64,000 nucleotides of DNA from an uncultured Armatimonadetes bacterium (GCA_963716175.1 OY970296.1:1888001-1952000); one strand, 5' to 3'. Shown: positions 19,379-29,875, counted from the first letter of the stretch. Numbers and translations: made by a program. Notes: a model not told the origin generated them from the letters alone.

Positions 19379-22300
19379 ATGGTGACCAGGTACAATGTGG
19401 GAGCTGCGATACTGATGCACCTCTGTGCAGTCCTGCTGTTGACCGGATCCGCGCCAGCCGCAGCGGTGTCTGCCATATCGGTGCGTGCTATACACGACGC
19501 GGCAGAGGCGGGCAGGACCGACGCTGTCCGCCAGCTTCTGGAAGCAGACCCCAGTCTCGTCAACTGCAAGGATGTGTTCGGGGTGAGTCCTCTCCGCCGG
19601 GCGGCGGAGCATGGTCACACGGGAGTGGTCGAGCTGCTGATTGCCAAGGGCGCGGACGTCAACGCGAACGATGGGCCAAGGTCCAAGTGGACTCCCCTCC
19701 ATTATGCGGCGAAGGGGGGCCACGAGAGAGTAGTGGAGCTGCTCATCGCCAATGGCGCGGATGTCCGGGCAAGGAACTGGCTCGGCGAGACCCCACTCTA
19801 CTTGGCCGCAGAGGGCGGGCGTGAAACCATTGCCCGGTTACTTATCGCGAAGGGCGCGGACGTCCGAGCAAGGGACAGCCGGGGCACGGCGCCACTCCAC
19901 TGGGCGGCAAGGCACGGTTGGCGGGGGGTGGCAGAGCTGCTGCTCGCGAACGGGGCCGATGTCAACCCAAAGAGTGGCTCCCGCCCGTTCGAGCGACGCA
20001 GCTGGGAGGACGCGACCCCGCTGCACTTGGCTTTGGCGTACCAGCACCCCGACGTGGGCGAGCTGCTGATCGCCAAGGGTGCCGACGTTCGGGCCAAGGA
20101 TGGGTACGCCAAGACCCCGCTCCACTTGGCCGCAGAGGGCGGCTATGAGAGTATCGTGGGGTTGCTTCTCGCTAGCGGCGCCGACGTCAAGGCCAAGGAC
20201 GATGAGGGCATGACCCCGTTGCATTGGGCTCTGGAGAAGGGCCACCGCACCGTGGCCGACCTGCTGATAGCCAAGGGCGCCGACATCCGCGCAAGAGACC
20301 GCCGCGGGAGGACCCCATTGCAGTGTGCGGCAGCAGGCCGATCGGCGGAACTGGTTCAGTCGCTCATCGCCAAGGGTGCCGACGTCGGGGCCAAGGATCG
20401 CGACGGCACGACCGCGCTCCACGTGGCAGCGCAATATGGCGACAAGGAGGCGGTGGAAATGCTCCTCGCGAACGGAGCTGATGTCAACAGAAAGTGTAGC
20501 TCGCCCCCGTGGGAACGCATCGGGAGCGACGTAACCCCGCTACACTTGGCTTTGGCCTACCAGCACCCCGACGTGGGCGAGCTGCTGATCGCCTCCGGTG
20601 CAGACGTTCAGGCCAGGGACGGCGACGGCAAGACCCCACTCCACTGGGCTGCAGAGCGGGGCTACAAGGACATCGCGCAGTTGCTTATCGCAAAGGGAGC
20701 ACTCGTCAACACAGAGTGGTTCCGCCACGAATCCGACCGGGGATTCACCCTGACCTTCCGAGAGACCCCCCTGCTCCTGGCTCTCAAGAACGGCCGCCGG
20801 GACGTAGCCGAGTTACTCGTCGCCAGCGGGGCAGATGTCCGCGCAAAGGACCCCTACACCGGCGCAGCGCCGTTGCACTGGGCGGCGCTGAACGGGTGGC
20901 AGAAACTGGCCTCCCTCCTCATCGCCAAGGGCGCCGATGTCAATGCAAGGGAGAGGGACCGAGACAACCGGACACCCCTACATGTGGCCTTGGCGCGGGG
21001 CGACGCAGAGACCGCGAAGTTGCTGGTAGGCAACGGCGCTGACGTTAACGCCAGGCAAGGCGACGGCACCACCCCGCTGCACCTAGCGGCAGGAAAGGGC
21101 TCAAGGGAAGTGGCGGAGATACTGGTCGCCAAAGGTGCCGATCTGAACGCAAAGGATAGCAGCGGCCGGAGCGCCCTACACTTGGCCCTATCTGCTGCCC
21201 ACGTGGAGGTGGCGAAACTGCTCGTCACCAGTGGCGCTGAAGTCAGTGCCAGGGCCAAGGATGGCACCACCCCGCTGCACCTGGCAGCAGGAAAGGGCTC
21301 AAGGGAAGTGGCAGAGATGCTGCTCGCCAGGGGCGCGCCGGTCAGCAGCCGGGGCCCCCACAGGACTACCCCACTCCACTGCGCGTCATGGGCCGGGCAG
21401 AAGGAGATCGTGGAGTTGCTTCTCGCTAGCGGCGCCGACGTGAATGCCAAGGACGATTGCGATATGACGCCGCTGCATGAGGCGGCCAAGCGCGGCCAGG
21501 TGGAGGCAGGCGAGTTGCTCATTGCCAAAGGCGCCGACGTCCACGCACAGGCCACCAGCGTTGTCTTCGTGGAGGAGAAGACACACAGAAACGCGATCCA
21601 GGACTTCCTCGCAGGGCTTCTACATGACTGGACTGTTGGGGAAATACTGGGGCCCGTTACCAGCGCGCCACCAGCAGAGGTGTCCGCCTCACCCAGAGAT
21701 CGCAGTGTTGCCAGCCTCCCGATTGTCGCTGCCCCGTACATGCAGCCGCCTCCTCCTGATGAACCGGAGACCGAGACCCACTGGGAGGAACGCACCGTCC
21801 ATGGGATCACGCCGCTTCACCTTGCGGCCGAGGCCGGGCAGCGAGAGATGGTGGGGTTGCTGATCGCTCATGGTGCCGACCCAGATGCAACAGACAGTGA
21901 GGGGCGACCTCCGCTGGCGCTAGCGGTATCCCGCGGCCACGCTGGGGTAGTCGAGCTGCTGAGTGGGCATTTGTTCCTGCTCCAGGCCAACCAGACAACT
22001 GTTGTCCGCCTAAGCTACAACGCGAGTCGCCCACTCATCGACGGGCTACTCGACGAACCGTTCTGGAAGCAAGGCCCGCCTCTTGTCTCTGCGCTTGACG
22101 TCTTGTCGACGGGTCAGTCAGAGCGTGGAGGGCTTCGCTCAGAAGCGTGGCTGGGTGCTGACCGCCAGTGGCTCTACATCGGCGCGCGCTGCGGCATCGC
22201 GGAAGGCGCTGCGCTCCGCAGGCCGAAGGGCGACTTCGATGCGCCAGGACTGGGTGACGACTCGCTTGAGGTGTTTCTCGTGTCGCCAGCGGGTGGCAGC

Positions 22301-22504
22301 ACTGACTTCCAGCTCCTCGTTGGTGCCAATGGCGCTCCATTCAGTATGACCGCGTCTGCGGCGGTCGCGCTGAACCCGCGCATCGCGACGGCGGTCTCGC
22401 GGGGAAAGGCGTCGTTCGACATCGAGATCAGGATTCCGTGGTCGGAGATCGGTGAGCCGGACAGTGCCGAGTCGAGTCTTGGTGTTGCAGTTCTGCGCCG
22501 GTGA
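19379..22504 (+). CDS. Secreted ankyrin-repeat protein (over 20 repeats) with C-terminal CBM9/DOMON-like domain
   Basis: Signal peptide, many TPLHxAA...GADV repeats, C-terminal IDGLLDEPFW...DDSLEVF...EIRIPW; GGAGG SD before ATG 19379. Confidence 0.88.
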   Translation: MVTRYNVGAAILMHLCAVLLLTGSAPAAAVSAISVRAIHDAAEAGRTDAVRQLLEADPSLVNCKDVFGVSPLRRAAEHGHTGVVELLIAKGADVNANDGPRSKWTPLHYAAKGGHERVVELLIANGADVRARNWLGETPLYLAAEGGRETIARLLIAKGADVRARDSRGTAPLHWAARHGWRGVAELLLANGADVNPKSGSRPFERRSWEDATPLHLALAYQHPDVGELLIAKGADVRAKDGYAKTPLHLAAEGGYESIVGLLLASGADVKAKDDEGMTPLHWALEKGHRTVADLLIAKGADIRARDRRGRTPLQCAAAGRSAELVQSLIAKGADVGAKDRDGTTALHVAAQYGDKEAVEMLLANGADVNRKCSSPPWERIGSDVTPLHLALAYQHPDVGELLIASGADVQARDGDGKTPLHWAAERGYKDIAQLLIAKGALVNTEWFRHESDRGFTLTFRETPLLLALKNGRRDVAELLVASGADVRAKDPYTGAAPLHWAALNGWQKLASLLIAKGADVNARERDRDNRTPLHVALARGDAETAKLLVGNGADVNARQGDGTTPLHLAAGKGSREVAEILVAKGADLNAKDSSGRSALHLALSAAHVEVAKLLVTSGAEVSARAKDGTTPLHLAAGKGSREVAEMLLARGAPVSSRGPHRTTPLHCASWAGQKEIVELLLASGADVNAKDDCDMTPLHEAAKRGQVEAGELLIAKGADVHAQATSVVFVEEKTHRNAIQDFLAGLLHDWTVGEILGPVTSAPPAEVSASPRDRSVASLPIVAAPYMQPPPPDEPETETHWEERTVHGITPLHLAAEAGQREMVGLLIAHGADPDATDSEGRPPLALAVSRGHAGVVELLSGHLFLLQANQTTVVRLSYNASRPLIDGLLDEPFWKQGPPLVSALDVLSTGQSERGGLRSEAWLGADRQWLYIGARCGIAEGAALRRPKGDFDAPGLGDDSLEVFLVSPAGGSTDFQLLVGANGAPFSMTASAAVALNPRIATAVSRGKASFDIEIRIPWSEIGEPDSAESSLGVAVLRR

Positions 22505-22704
22505 GAGCAGTGGCACCATGGACTCAGCCCGTGCCATCCGGAAGGTCATCCGTGAGGCTGTGTCAGCAGGCGGCAACGTTCAGAGGGTGCAGGTCGCACT
22601 AGCCACGGCCTGGCGCCAGAGACGTCGGTGCGCCACGCTCTCACGGCAAGACAGGCGCTCTAGATCACTGCGCTCCAGATTCAGCCGTTCGAGCCAGGAC
22701 CCCC

Positions 22705-22783
22705 TGTGCGTGTTAAGCAGACTTGGGACATCGGTTGGGCGACGCAACTGGTGCCCTCACCCGACGGATGATGGCAAGACCGT
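22705..22783 (+). mobile_element. Module C IS-end remnant
   Basis: tgtgcgtgttaagcagacttgggaca...gatggcaagac. Confidence 0.6.
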
Positions 22784-23041
22784 TGGTACATGCGCGGGGA
22801 TCGCTTGCACAACGACCAATCTCAGATCCCTTGTTGACGAGCGCCGTGGTGGAGCCTAACATGCGCACCGAGAGTCCGCCCAACCTTACACTACGGTTGG
22901 GACATGGTCTCACACTGAATCCGGGCCATAATGCATGAAGTAGTCTCAAGGCCACACCGGGCAGCAGTAGTCGCTGCTGGATGACGTGTGGGACGTGATC
23001 TTCACGGGCCCTGCACTGTGCTGTTGAGGGAGGCAGAGGGC

Positions 23042-24034
23042 ATGCGGAGGACAATGCTGTGTGCTATGCTGGTAGTTGTCGCGGCCGTCGGGATTGCCGC
23101 AGGTGGCGCGCCCGGCGTCCGATTGGGTGCCGCCGTGAAGAGGAGGAATGGCGCTCTGGTGTTGCCCTTGGAGCGGCTCGCGCCCGGCCTTGGGCTGAAG
23201 GTCTCCTACGACTCGAAGAGCCAGACGATCAGTGTCAGCAAGGGCGCTTGGAGCGCCATCGCCAGAGCGAACACTAAGAAGGCCCAAGCAGCGGGGAAGG
23301 CAGTCGAACTGCCTACGGCTCCGTGGGTCGAATTCCGGAGGAGGTCGCGGGTTACCATGGTTCCCGTGGCCCTGATAGCAACGGAGATGCTCTGGCAGGG
23401 CGGAGTTCTGCCGGACAGTATCTCCGTGAAGTCGGGACGACCCTCAGCGCCTTTTGCCGCATTTGTGCCGTTGTTCGATGAGGGGCGGGAAGCTACGATC
23501 GTGTTCTACTCCTTGGCAAGCGGCAAGCCCGTTCTCTCAGCACGTTACATCGTTCCCGGCCCGGAATCCGCGACGGAGCAACAGCCAATGGGCAAGCTCG
23601 CCATCAATACGTCGGGCCTCAGTGAGAGGGAGGAGAAGTACAGGAGCATACGTGGCGGCTTCGGTGGCAACACTGGTGTCACCGCCCTCGGTGAGTATCT
23701 GCGCAGGGAAGGGTCAGGGGCAGTCGACCTGGGAACGGACCTTGTTTCCAGCTACAGCCAGTGGGAATCCGGGATGAAGCTGGTGAAACGAGGAAAGGAT
23801 CAGGTCCTGGCCATCCAACTGTCAGTGCTGGTCGGGATCGCAGAGAGACGGGGGCAGAAGCTGAGTGTATCGGGCCTTGCTGGCGACGTGGGCAAGCGCC
23901 CCGATGCTATGTACACGGCGCGATTCGAGGGCAATACCATAAAGGTGTCGAGCGCTACAGCGGGTGTTACGTTCAGGTTGGGCAAAGAGGGCGGAGAGCT
24001 CAGCCCCAAGATTCTCTCGGTCTGGGTACTGTAG
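23042..24034 (+). CDS. Secreted protein with copper-amine-oxidase N-terminal (stalk)-like domain
   Basis: Signal peptide; LPLERLAPGLGLKVSYD...ELPTAP...TMVPV pattern. Confidence 0.6.
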   Translation: MRRTMLCAMLVVVAAVGIAAGGAPGVRLGAAVKRRNGALVLPLERLAPGLGLKVSYDSKSQTISVSKGAWSAIARANTKKAQAAGKAVELPTAPWVEFRRRSRVTMVPVALIATEMLWQGGVLPDSISVKSGRPSAPFAAFVPLFDEGREATIVFYSLASGKPVLSARYIVPGPESATEQQPMGKLAINTSGLSEREEKYRSIRGGFGGNTGVTALGEYLRREGSGAVDLGTDLVSSYSQWESGMKLVKRGKDQVLAIQLSVLVGIAERRGQKLSVSGLAGDVGKRPDAMYTARFEGNTIKVSSATAGVTFRLGKEGGELSPKILSVWVL

Positions 24035-24213
24035 CCCGTGTGAGGAACCGCCTCTGGCACTCTCCCATTCATGGTTGAACACCAGCAAGGGGCGGCTCTC
24101 CCCAGCTGGGTTCGCGGTGGCCTCGGGCGGTTTGGTGGAACCTGGCACCGCAATCCTGGACGATAGCAGAGAACTGCCGTAAGCGAAGATCACCACATTG
24201 CGGGCCGATAGGA

Positions 24214-24587
24214 TACCCGTGCTATCCAGAAACTCATCGGCGCGGTCCAGATCAGATGGAGGCACCCATTCGGTCGTGGGATAACGGATGATGAGGGGAG
24301 ACCATCTCGCCTCGGAATGGATGACACAGTCGCGACCTGGCACCTCTGACAGCGCGACCGGCCCGCAGACCCGCGAATGCGCCCCGCGCACATCCGCTCT
24401 CCAGGCGCAAGTACTCGTTCTGAAACGTTAGTTCCCGGCACAACAGCCGCGCCACGGTCGCGATCACAGGCATCCCCGCCCATCCTCAGCGCCTCCCAGC
24501 ACAGGGGTGTCAACGAGCGCAGAGAATACCACCCATGGGCTCTGCAGGGGCTCTGAGAGCCAGATAGGTTTTCGGATGGCGCGGGTA
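24214..24587 (-). mobile_element. Internally deleted mini-IS (MITE-like, about 374 bp) of the integrase-core-domain type
   Basis: Imperfect IRs tacccgtgctatccagaaactcatc / gataggttttcggatggcgcgggta; transposase N-terminal stub PVIATVARLLCRELTFQNEYLRLE. Confidence 0.75.
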
Positions 24588-24619
24588 CACGCGGCGCCAC
24601 GAGACGAGAGAGTCGAAGA

Positions 24620-26365
24620 ATGAGAGCGGTTATCTTCCTGAGCTGTGTGGCGGGCCTGGTGGCAATGCCCGCGGGCTGTCCGGCCGCAACGGATGCGGTC
24701 AAGTCAGAGAAGCTGGTGCTGGAGGCGCCGACAGTTCATTGCTTGGGGGTGAGATGGTATGTGGCCGGGGATGAGAACGGGAACGCCTCGGTGCAGGTGA
24801 GCTATCGAGGGAAGGGCGAGAGCAATTGGCATCAGGCGATGGACTTGTTCCGTGTGGGCACCGGGCCGGATTCGCAGGAAGGCGAGAAGCGACTGGAAAG
24901 TGGCGGGCGAGACGAGTGGCCGTTCCCGCTGGGCAACTTCTTCGCCGGAAGCGTGTTCGATCTGAAGCCGGACACGGTGTATGAACTGAGGCTTGCGCTC
25001 TCTGATCCTGACGGCGGGAGGTTCATGGAGGAGGTGCAGGCCCACACGCGCATGATCCCCGTGCCGCCGAAGCCGGAACGCACGCTCCATGTGGTACCCG
25101 GTGCCGGGGGCGGAAGCGGGACACAGGAGGACCCGCTGCGCGGTCTGGAGGCGGCGGATGCGGTGGCCAGGCCGGGCGATCTGTTCCTGGTGCACAAGGG
25201 CGTGTACCAGGGGCCGTGGGAGACCGACAAGAGCGGGAAACCGGGCGCGCCCATCGTATGGCGAGCGGCGGGAGACGGGGAGGCGGTGGTGGACGGCGGC
25301 GGGGCGCACCGGGCGGTGGGGGCAAACCAGACCCATGATCTGTTCTTCGAGGGGCTGGCTTTCCGCAACGCAGACTTCGTCTTCGTCGCGCACGGAGCTT
25401 CCGATCTCTCCGTACAGCGGTGTCACTTCTACCAGTGTGACTACGGCTTCACCGCCCACAACAATGAGCCGCCCATGGGCGGCTTCTACATCGCCGACAA
25501 CCTGTTCGAGGGGCCCTCCACCTGGCCGCGCACGAAGGGGATCGAGGATGCGCGGGCGATTCAGGTGTCCGGTGAGGGGCACGACATCTGCTACAACCGC
25601 ATCCGCGGCTTTGGCGACGGCATTGACATCATGGGCTCCCCTCCCGGCCGCGCCATTGACTTCTACAACAACGAGATCTCCGAATGCACCAATGACGCCA
25701 TCGAGCTGGACTACGGCCAGACCAATGTGCGCGCATTCAGGAACCACATCACCAACTGCTTTGAGGGCATCAGCACCCAGCCGCTCTATGGTGGGCCCGC
25801 CTATATCTTCCGGAACGCTATGTACAACCTGGAGTACACTCCCTTCAAGATGCACAACCGTCCCTCTGGGGTATTGCTCTTCCACAACACGATAGTGAAG
25901 AGCGGCATCCCGTGGCCCCTCTACTCGGGCGCGCCAGTCGGGAAGGCGATGTCCTGCAACAACCTCTTTGTGGGCGGGCCGGCGGACTATGCGATGGAGT
26001 TCAGCCCATTGGTTGAACAGGCTCACTTCGACCACGATGGATTCGCGGGCGGACCTTTCGCCATGTTCGCCAAGTGGCGTGGCGAGCGATATGTCACATT
26101 TGGTCACTTCCGGAGCCAGAGCGGCATCGAACGCCACTCGGTCTGGCTGGGGAACGGATCCCCCTTCGCCTCCGGGGTGAAGGTGCCGGCCGATCTCAGC
26201 GAGCAGTTCCCGATCACCGCCAACGACCTCCGGCTGAAGCCGCAGTCACGGGCTGTTGACGCAGGTCTGGTCCTCCCGAACCTGAATGACGGCTACTCGG
26301 GCAAGGGACCGGACCTGGGGGCGTACGAGCTAGGGCAGGCGCTGCCACACTATGGGCCCCGGTAG
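24620..26365 (+). CDS. Secreted right-handed beta-helix (pectate lyase-like) protein with N-terminal FN3-like domain
   Basis: GSVFDLKPDTVYE, ARPGD..LVHKGVY, parallel beta-helix repeats, PDLGAYE C-terminus. Confidence 0.75.
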   Translation: MRAVIFLSCVAGLVAMPAGCPAATDAVKSEKLVLEAPTVHCLGVRWYVAGDENGNASVQVSYRGKGESNWHQAMDLFRVGTGPDSQEGEKRLESGGRDEWPFPLGNFFAGSVFDLKPDTVYELRLALSDPDGGRFMEEVQAHTRMIPVPPKPERTLHVVPGAGGGSGTQEDPLRGLEAADAVARPGDLFLVHKGVYQGPWETDKSGKPGAPIVWRAAGDGEAVVDGGGAHRAVGANQTHDLFFEGLAFRNADFVFVAHGASDLSVQRCHFYQCDYGFTAHNNEPPMGGFYIADNLFEGPSTWPRTKGIEDARAIQVSGEGHDICYNRIRGFGDGIDIMGSPPGRAIDFYNNEISECTNDAIELDYGQTNVRAFRNHITNCFEGISTQPLYGGPAYIFRNAMYNLEYTPFKMHNRPSGVLLFHNTIVKSGIPWPLYSGAPVGKAMSCNNLFVGGPADYAMEFSPLVEQAHFDHDGFAGGPFAMFAKWRGERYVTFGHFRSQSGIERHSVWLGNGSPFASGVKVPADLSEQFPITANDLRLKPQSRAVDAGLVLPNLNDGYSGKGPDLGAYELGQALPHYGPR

Positions 26366-26518
26366 CCGCCGCCGGGCGCGCCGCCAGCGGGGGCGGAGGG
26401 TGGAGCGTTCATGCCCAAGGGGCAGTCGGCGAGAGTGATCGTAGAGGGAGTCGGCCTGGTCCACCAGGACCGCGGACAGGACCGGCCCCTCGTTCTTATT
26501 CACGGCTCTGGATGTCCA

Positions 26519-26598
26519 CCGCTCGTGAAGCCGGCCTCAGGGCACCTCTCGACTCCGGCTGCCCCCTCGGCTGGGAGTCAGGTCTGGGGTTCCGTTGC
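26519..26598 (+). repeat. Hairpin repeat copy 3
   Basis: ccgctcgtgaagccggcctcag arm; core 26551-26579. Confidence 0.9.
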
Positions 26599-26706
26599 GT
26601 ATGCGGCTGATCCGAGCCCGCACGCAGGCTGATGAGCTGTCGGAGATCCGCGGTCCCATGAGCCTATGACAAGGGGCGCATACTCTACAGGGGTGGCCGC
26701 GCAGGA

Positions 26707-29022
26707 TCATTGCGCCCCCGTTCCCGGGAGCGACTGGAAGCCGGGGAGCGAGAAGTAGCCCTGGGATTCGGCGCAGACGCCCATCCGGTAGATCGGGTCG
26801 CACATCAGGCAGACACGGCGGTCGGCGGCGCGGATGGTGGTGGCGTAGATGCGCACCTCGCCATCGAGGGCAGTGATGATCTCCTCCCGCCAGTCGCCGA
26901 AGACGTCAGCTATCGCGATCAGTCTTCCTTCGATCGCGGGCGGGCGATCCTGCTGCGCGCAGAGGTTGTGGAGCCGACCGTCGAGCCAGAGTTCCCGGAG
27001 CAGGTCTTCGTCCCAATAGGCGGCGTAGCGCCACTGCTCTTCGGAAGGGCCGCTTGAGATCAGGTCGCCCTGTGCGCTGTAGAACCACTGATTGCGCAGT
27101 TGTATGCTCCAGCCGCGGGTCTGCACCCCGGGGTACTCGGCAAGCAGCTTCGCGGTGATCCCAGCACGGATCTCAAAGGTCTGCTTGTCGATGCCCCACA
27201 GGATCTCGCCTGTTCTCGCGTCGACCTGGCAGATGCCGTTCTTCTCAATGCCCCATTCGTGACCGTACTGGATCTCCAGCCCGGGGTGGGTGGGATCGAG
27301 GTCGCCAACGGCGCAGTGGTTGGAGTGATGGAGGCCGGTGGACCAGAGGCCGACCCCATTGTCATCGATCACCGCGTCCCCGATGACCACTTCGTCTCGA
27401 CCGTCCGCGTCGACATCGGCCGATAGGAGCGTGTGCGAGCCCTGGCCGCTGAAACGCGGGCCGTCCTCGCGGTCGATCCAGCGCCACAGCTCGCGGAGCC
27501 GCCTGCCGTCGAACTCCATCGCCACGATCTCGATGGTGTAGTAGGTGCCGCGCTGGACGATGATGCATGGGGTCTTGCCATCGAGATAGGCGACGTTGAG
27601 GAGGTTTCGGTTGAGGGAGTCGTTCTCGGCGTAGCCTTCCCGCGCAGGCCATGGTGCGCGGGCGCGCTCGCGACCGGTCTTGCCGTCCAGTATAAGCAAC
27701 CACTCCGGGCCCGAGGTGACGTGTCCGTCGGGGTCGCGCGGATCGCCCTCCCCTGCTTTCACCGCGACCTCGGCGCAGCCGTCGCCGTCGAAGTCGTAGA
27801 CGATGTAGGGGGAGAACCAGACGCCCGTCTCGATGGACCAGCCCATATCGTGCCGCCACATGAGCTTGCCATCCAAGGTGTAGGCCTCGAGCTTGTAGGT
27901 ATCCTGGCTTGGTTTCCAGTATTTCGGGCCGCCAGGCGGGCCGATCCACGGGTCATAGCTGTTGTTGGGCTGCTTGATCACGTACTCGTAGCGACCATCG
28001 CCATCCAGATCGCCGATCGCCACCTTGTTCGCCGAGTAGTCGCCCGCGAGCTTGATGGAGACGTAGGGTTGGCCGCTGGGCGACGCGCTGGCGCGGACTC
28101 TCTCACTCTCGGCGCCTTCCGTCAGATCCACCACCGGCCGCAGGTAGTACTGCGATTCGCCAGATGGGGCGTGCTCGTCAAGGAAGTCGGTAGTGCGGCG
28201 GATGGGCTCGGCGTTGAGGCGAACCGTGGGGCCGTGTGGCGAAGTCCGGTAGAGGTTGAAAGCGAGATGCTTCGGATCAGAGTCGAGGAGACGCCAGCCC
28301 AGGTAGACGCGGCCGCCCTCGGCCGGCACGGCGACCAGCCCACGGCCGAGCCGCTCCTGGATACGCTCGCGAGCGAAGCCGTCCACGAGAGGCTTGGCTG
28401 TTCTGGCGCGCTCGCGACATCCCGCGGCGATCTCCAGGTCATCGAGGAACAGGTCGGTGCTGTGTCCGCCGCGGATGCGGGCCTGGATCTCCCGGCAGTC
28501 GTCGGGGATAGTGACGACGACCTCGAATTGCTGCCAGTAGCTCTTCGCGACGAGCATGTCGCTGGCAAGCTGTTGAGGCTGCCGTCCTTCGGCTAGACCC
28601 GACACCTCCAGGAATGCTTGCCCGCACATGAAGCCGCTCCGGCCTTTCATCCAGGCGGTGATCGTGAACAGCTGGCCCGGCCTAACCGGGAGGCGGGCCG
28701 AGTTGGTGAGCGTCCATTGGCTGTAGCCCCAGTCGCCCTCTTGCATGGGCCACAGGATGTGGGCCGCGCGGGTGCCGGAATGGGCCTGGTCCGAGATGCC
28801 TGCGGTGGGTTCGCCGGAGGCGACGCGCTCCGGCGGCATCCGTTCGCCGATCTCCGGGTGTTTGGAGGTGAGAGTCCAGCCGATGAGGTCCGAAGCGCTC
28901 GCTTCGAAGCCCGGGTTGGCGAAGACCGCGCCGTCGCCGCCGGCTCTCATACCGGCGGCAAGGAGAGCGATCACCGTCAGCGAGATAACGAGAACGGCGG
29001 GACAATCCACCGCGCCTAACAT
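26707..29022 (-). CDS. PL11-like rhamnogalacturonan lyase with N-terminal CBM
   Basis: ERLGRGLVAV..VYLGWR, GDLDGDGRYE, YDFDGDGCAE, GQGSH, ADVFGDWREE; ATG after GGAGG. Confidence 0.85.
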   Translation of the reverse strand: MLGAVDCPAVLVISLTVIALLAAGMRAGGDGAVFANPGFEASASDLIGWTLTSKHPEIGERMPPERVASGEPTAGISDQAHSGTRAAHILWPMQEGDWGYSQWTLTNSARLPVRPGQLFTITAWMKGRSGFMCGQAFLEVSGLAEGRQPQQLASDMLVAKSYWQQFEVVVTIPDDCREIQARIRGGHSTDLFLDDLEIAAGCRERARTAKPLVDGFARERIQERLGRGLVAVPAEGGRVYLGWRLLDSDPKHLAFNLYRTSPHGPTVRLNAEPIRRTTDFLDEHAPSGESQYYLRPVVDLTEGAESERVRASASPSGQPYVSIKLAGDYSANKVAIGDLDGDGRYEYVIKQPNNSYDPWIGPPGGPKYWKPSQDTYKLEAYTLDGKLMWRHDMGWSIETGVWFSPYIVYDFDGDGCAEVAVKAGEGDPRDPDGHVTSGPEWLLILDGKTGRERARAPWPAREGYAENDSLNRNLLNVAYLDGKTPCIIVQRGTYYTIEIVAMEFDGRRLRELWRWIDREDGPRFSGQGSHTLLSADVDADGRDEVVIGDAVIDDNGVGLWSTGLHHSNHCAVGDLDPTHPGLEIQYGHEWGIEKNGICQVDARTGEILWGIDKQTFEIRAGITAKLLAEYPGVQTRGWSIQLRNQWFYSAQGDLISSGPSEEQWRYAAYWDEDLLRELWLDGRLHNLCAQQDRPPAIEGRLIAIADVFGDWREEIITALDGEVRIYATTIRAADRRVCLMCDPIYRMGVCAESQGYFSLPGFQSLPGTGAQ

Positions 29023-29110
29023 GTAGACCTCCAATCGCTCACGAACGATCACGCGTGGGCGCCGATCCGACGTGGGGCTTCCGCAGGTGATCGCGGCAGA
29101 CGTTCCCAGC

Positions 29111-29466
29111 ATCGAACTCCCAGACCTCGCCCGTTGGTGGAGAGTTTCTGTGTCTAGGCCTGTTTCCCCCACCATTCGCGAGTAGAACCCTCGTCTGAAG
29201 GCGGGGAATGCTCCGATCACCTTGGGACTACAGCGCGGTTTCAATTCTCACTGCCTCACCCAAACGCGCCCCTCATTGAAACGGGGAATCCGTCCACAGC
29301 CGGAGAGAGTTTCGTTCTCAGGAACGTTTCCTCCACCTCCTGTAAACCAGAAGCCAAGTCTCGTCTACAGCTGCAGAGAGTGTCTGATCCCAGGTCAGTC
29401 TCCCCCCGCCATGGTCCCGTTCCGGCAGGACCGCCGCCCACCCCGCCGAAGCATCCCGTGTGGTCG
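29111..29466 (+). repeat. Module A tandem units plus linker
   Basis: Homologous to 6630-6860 and 16311-16460. Confidence 0.85.
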
Positions 29467-29530
29467 CCCCAGGCACCCCCGACTCCGGCTACCCCCTCGG
29501 CTGGGAGTCATTGCCCGGGGTCTCGTCGCG
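29467..29530 (+). repeat. Hairpin repeat copy 4, the uninterrupted equivalent of the IS481 target
   Basis: Core 29481-29509; outer stem ccccaggca/tgcccgggg. Confidence 0.92.
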
Positions 29531-29721
29531 TGTGGCGGACGCGGTTGGCAGGATGCTCGTACCCTCGACCATCACTCCATGTGCCGCGACGATCCCCCAT
29601 GGCTGCCAGCGTGTGCTCGCCACCTCGGACAAGGCTGTGCGGGCCAGTGCTCTCGATGTGGTATGCCTGCTACGAGCAGAGTGCCACGCCACACTCGAAG
29701 GCACAGCAAGGAGGCCGTGGG

Positions 29722-29781
29722 ATGGCAGGCTGCAAGACCAAGAAGACCTGCGGGACGAAGAAGAAGGCTGCGAAGAAGTAG
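29722..29781 (+). CDS. 19-aa Lys/Cys-rich micro-protein MAGCKTKKTCGTKKKAAKK
   Basis: AAGGAGG SD 7 nt upstream; all 8 Lys codons are AAG. Confidence 0.55.
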   Translation: MAGCKTKKTCGTKKKAAKK

Positions 29782-29875
29782 CAGCCGCACACTGAGCTTC
29801 AACTCAGTTGGGGAAAGGCCCGGGTCAGATTCGTGGCCCGGGCTTGGCCATTGTGTGCCCGCGCTGTCACCTTCT

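Noticed and set aside
22853-22945. attC-like GCCTAAC start and dif-like cataatgcatg
   Set aside because: No convincing partner box or XerD arm
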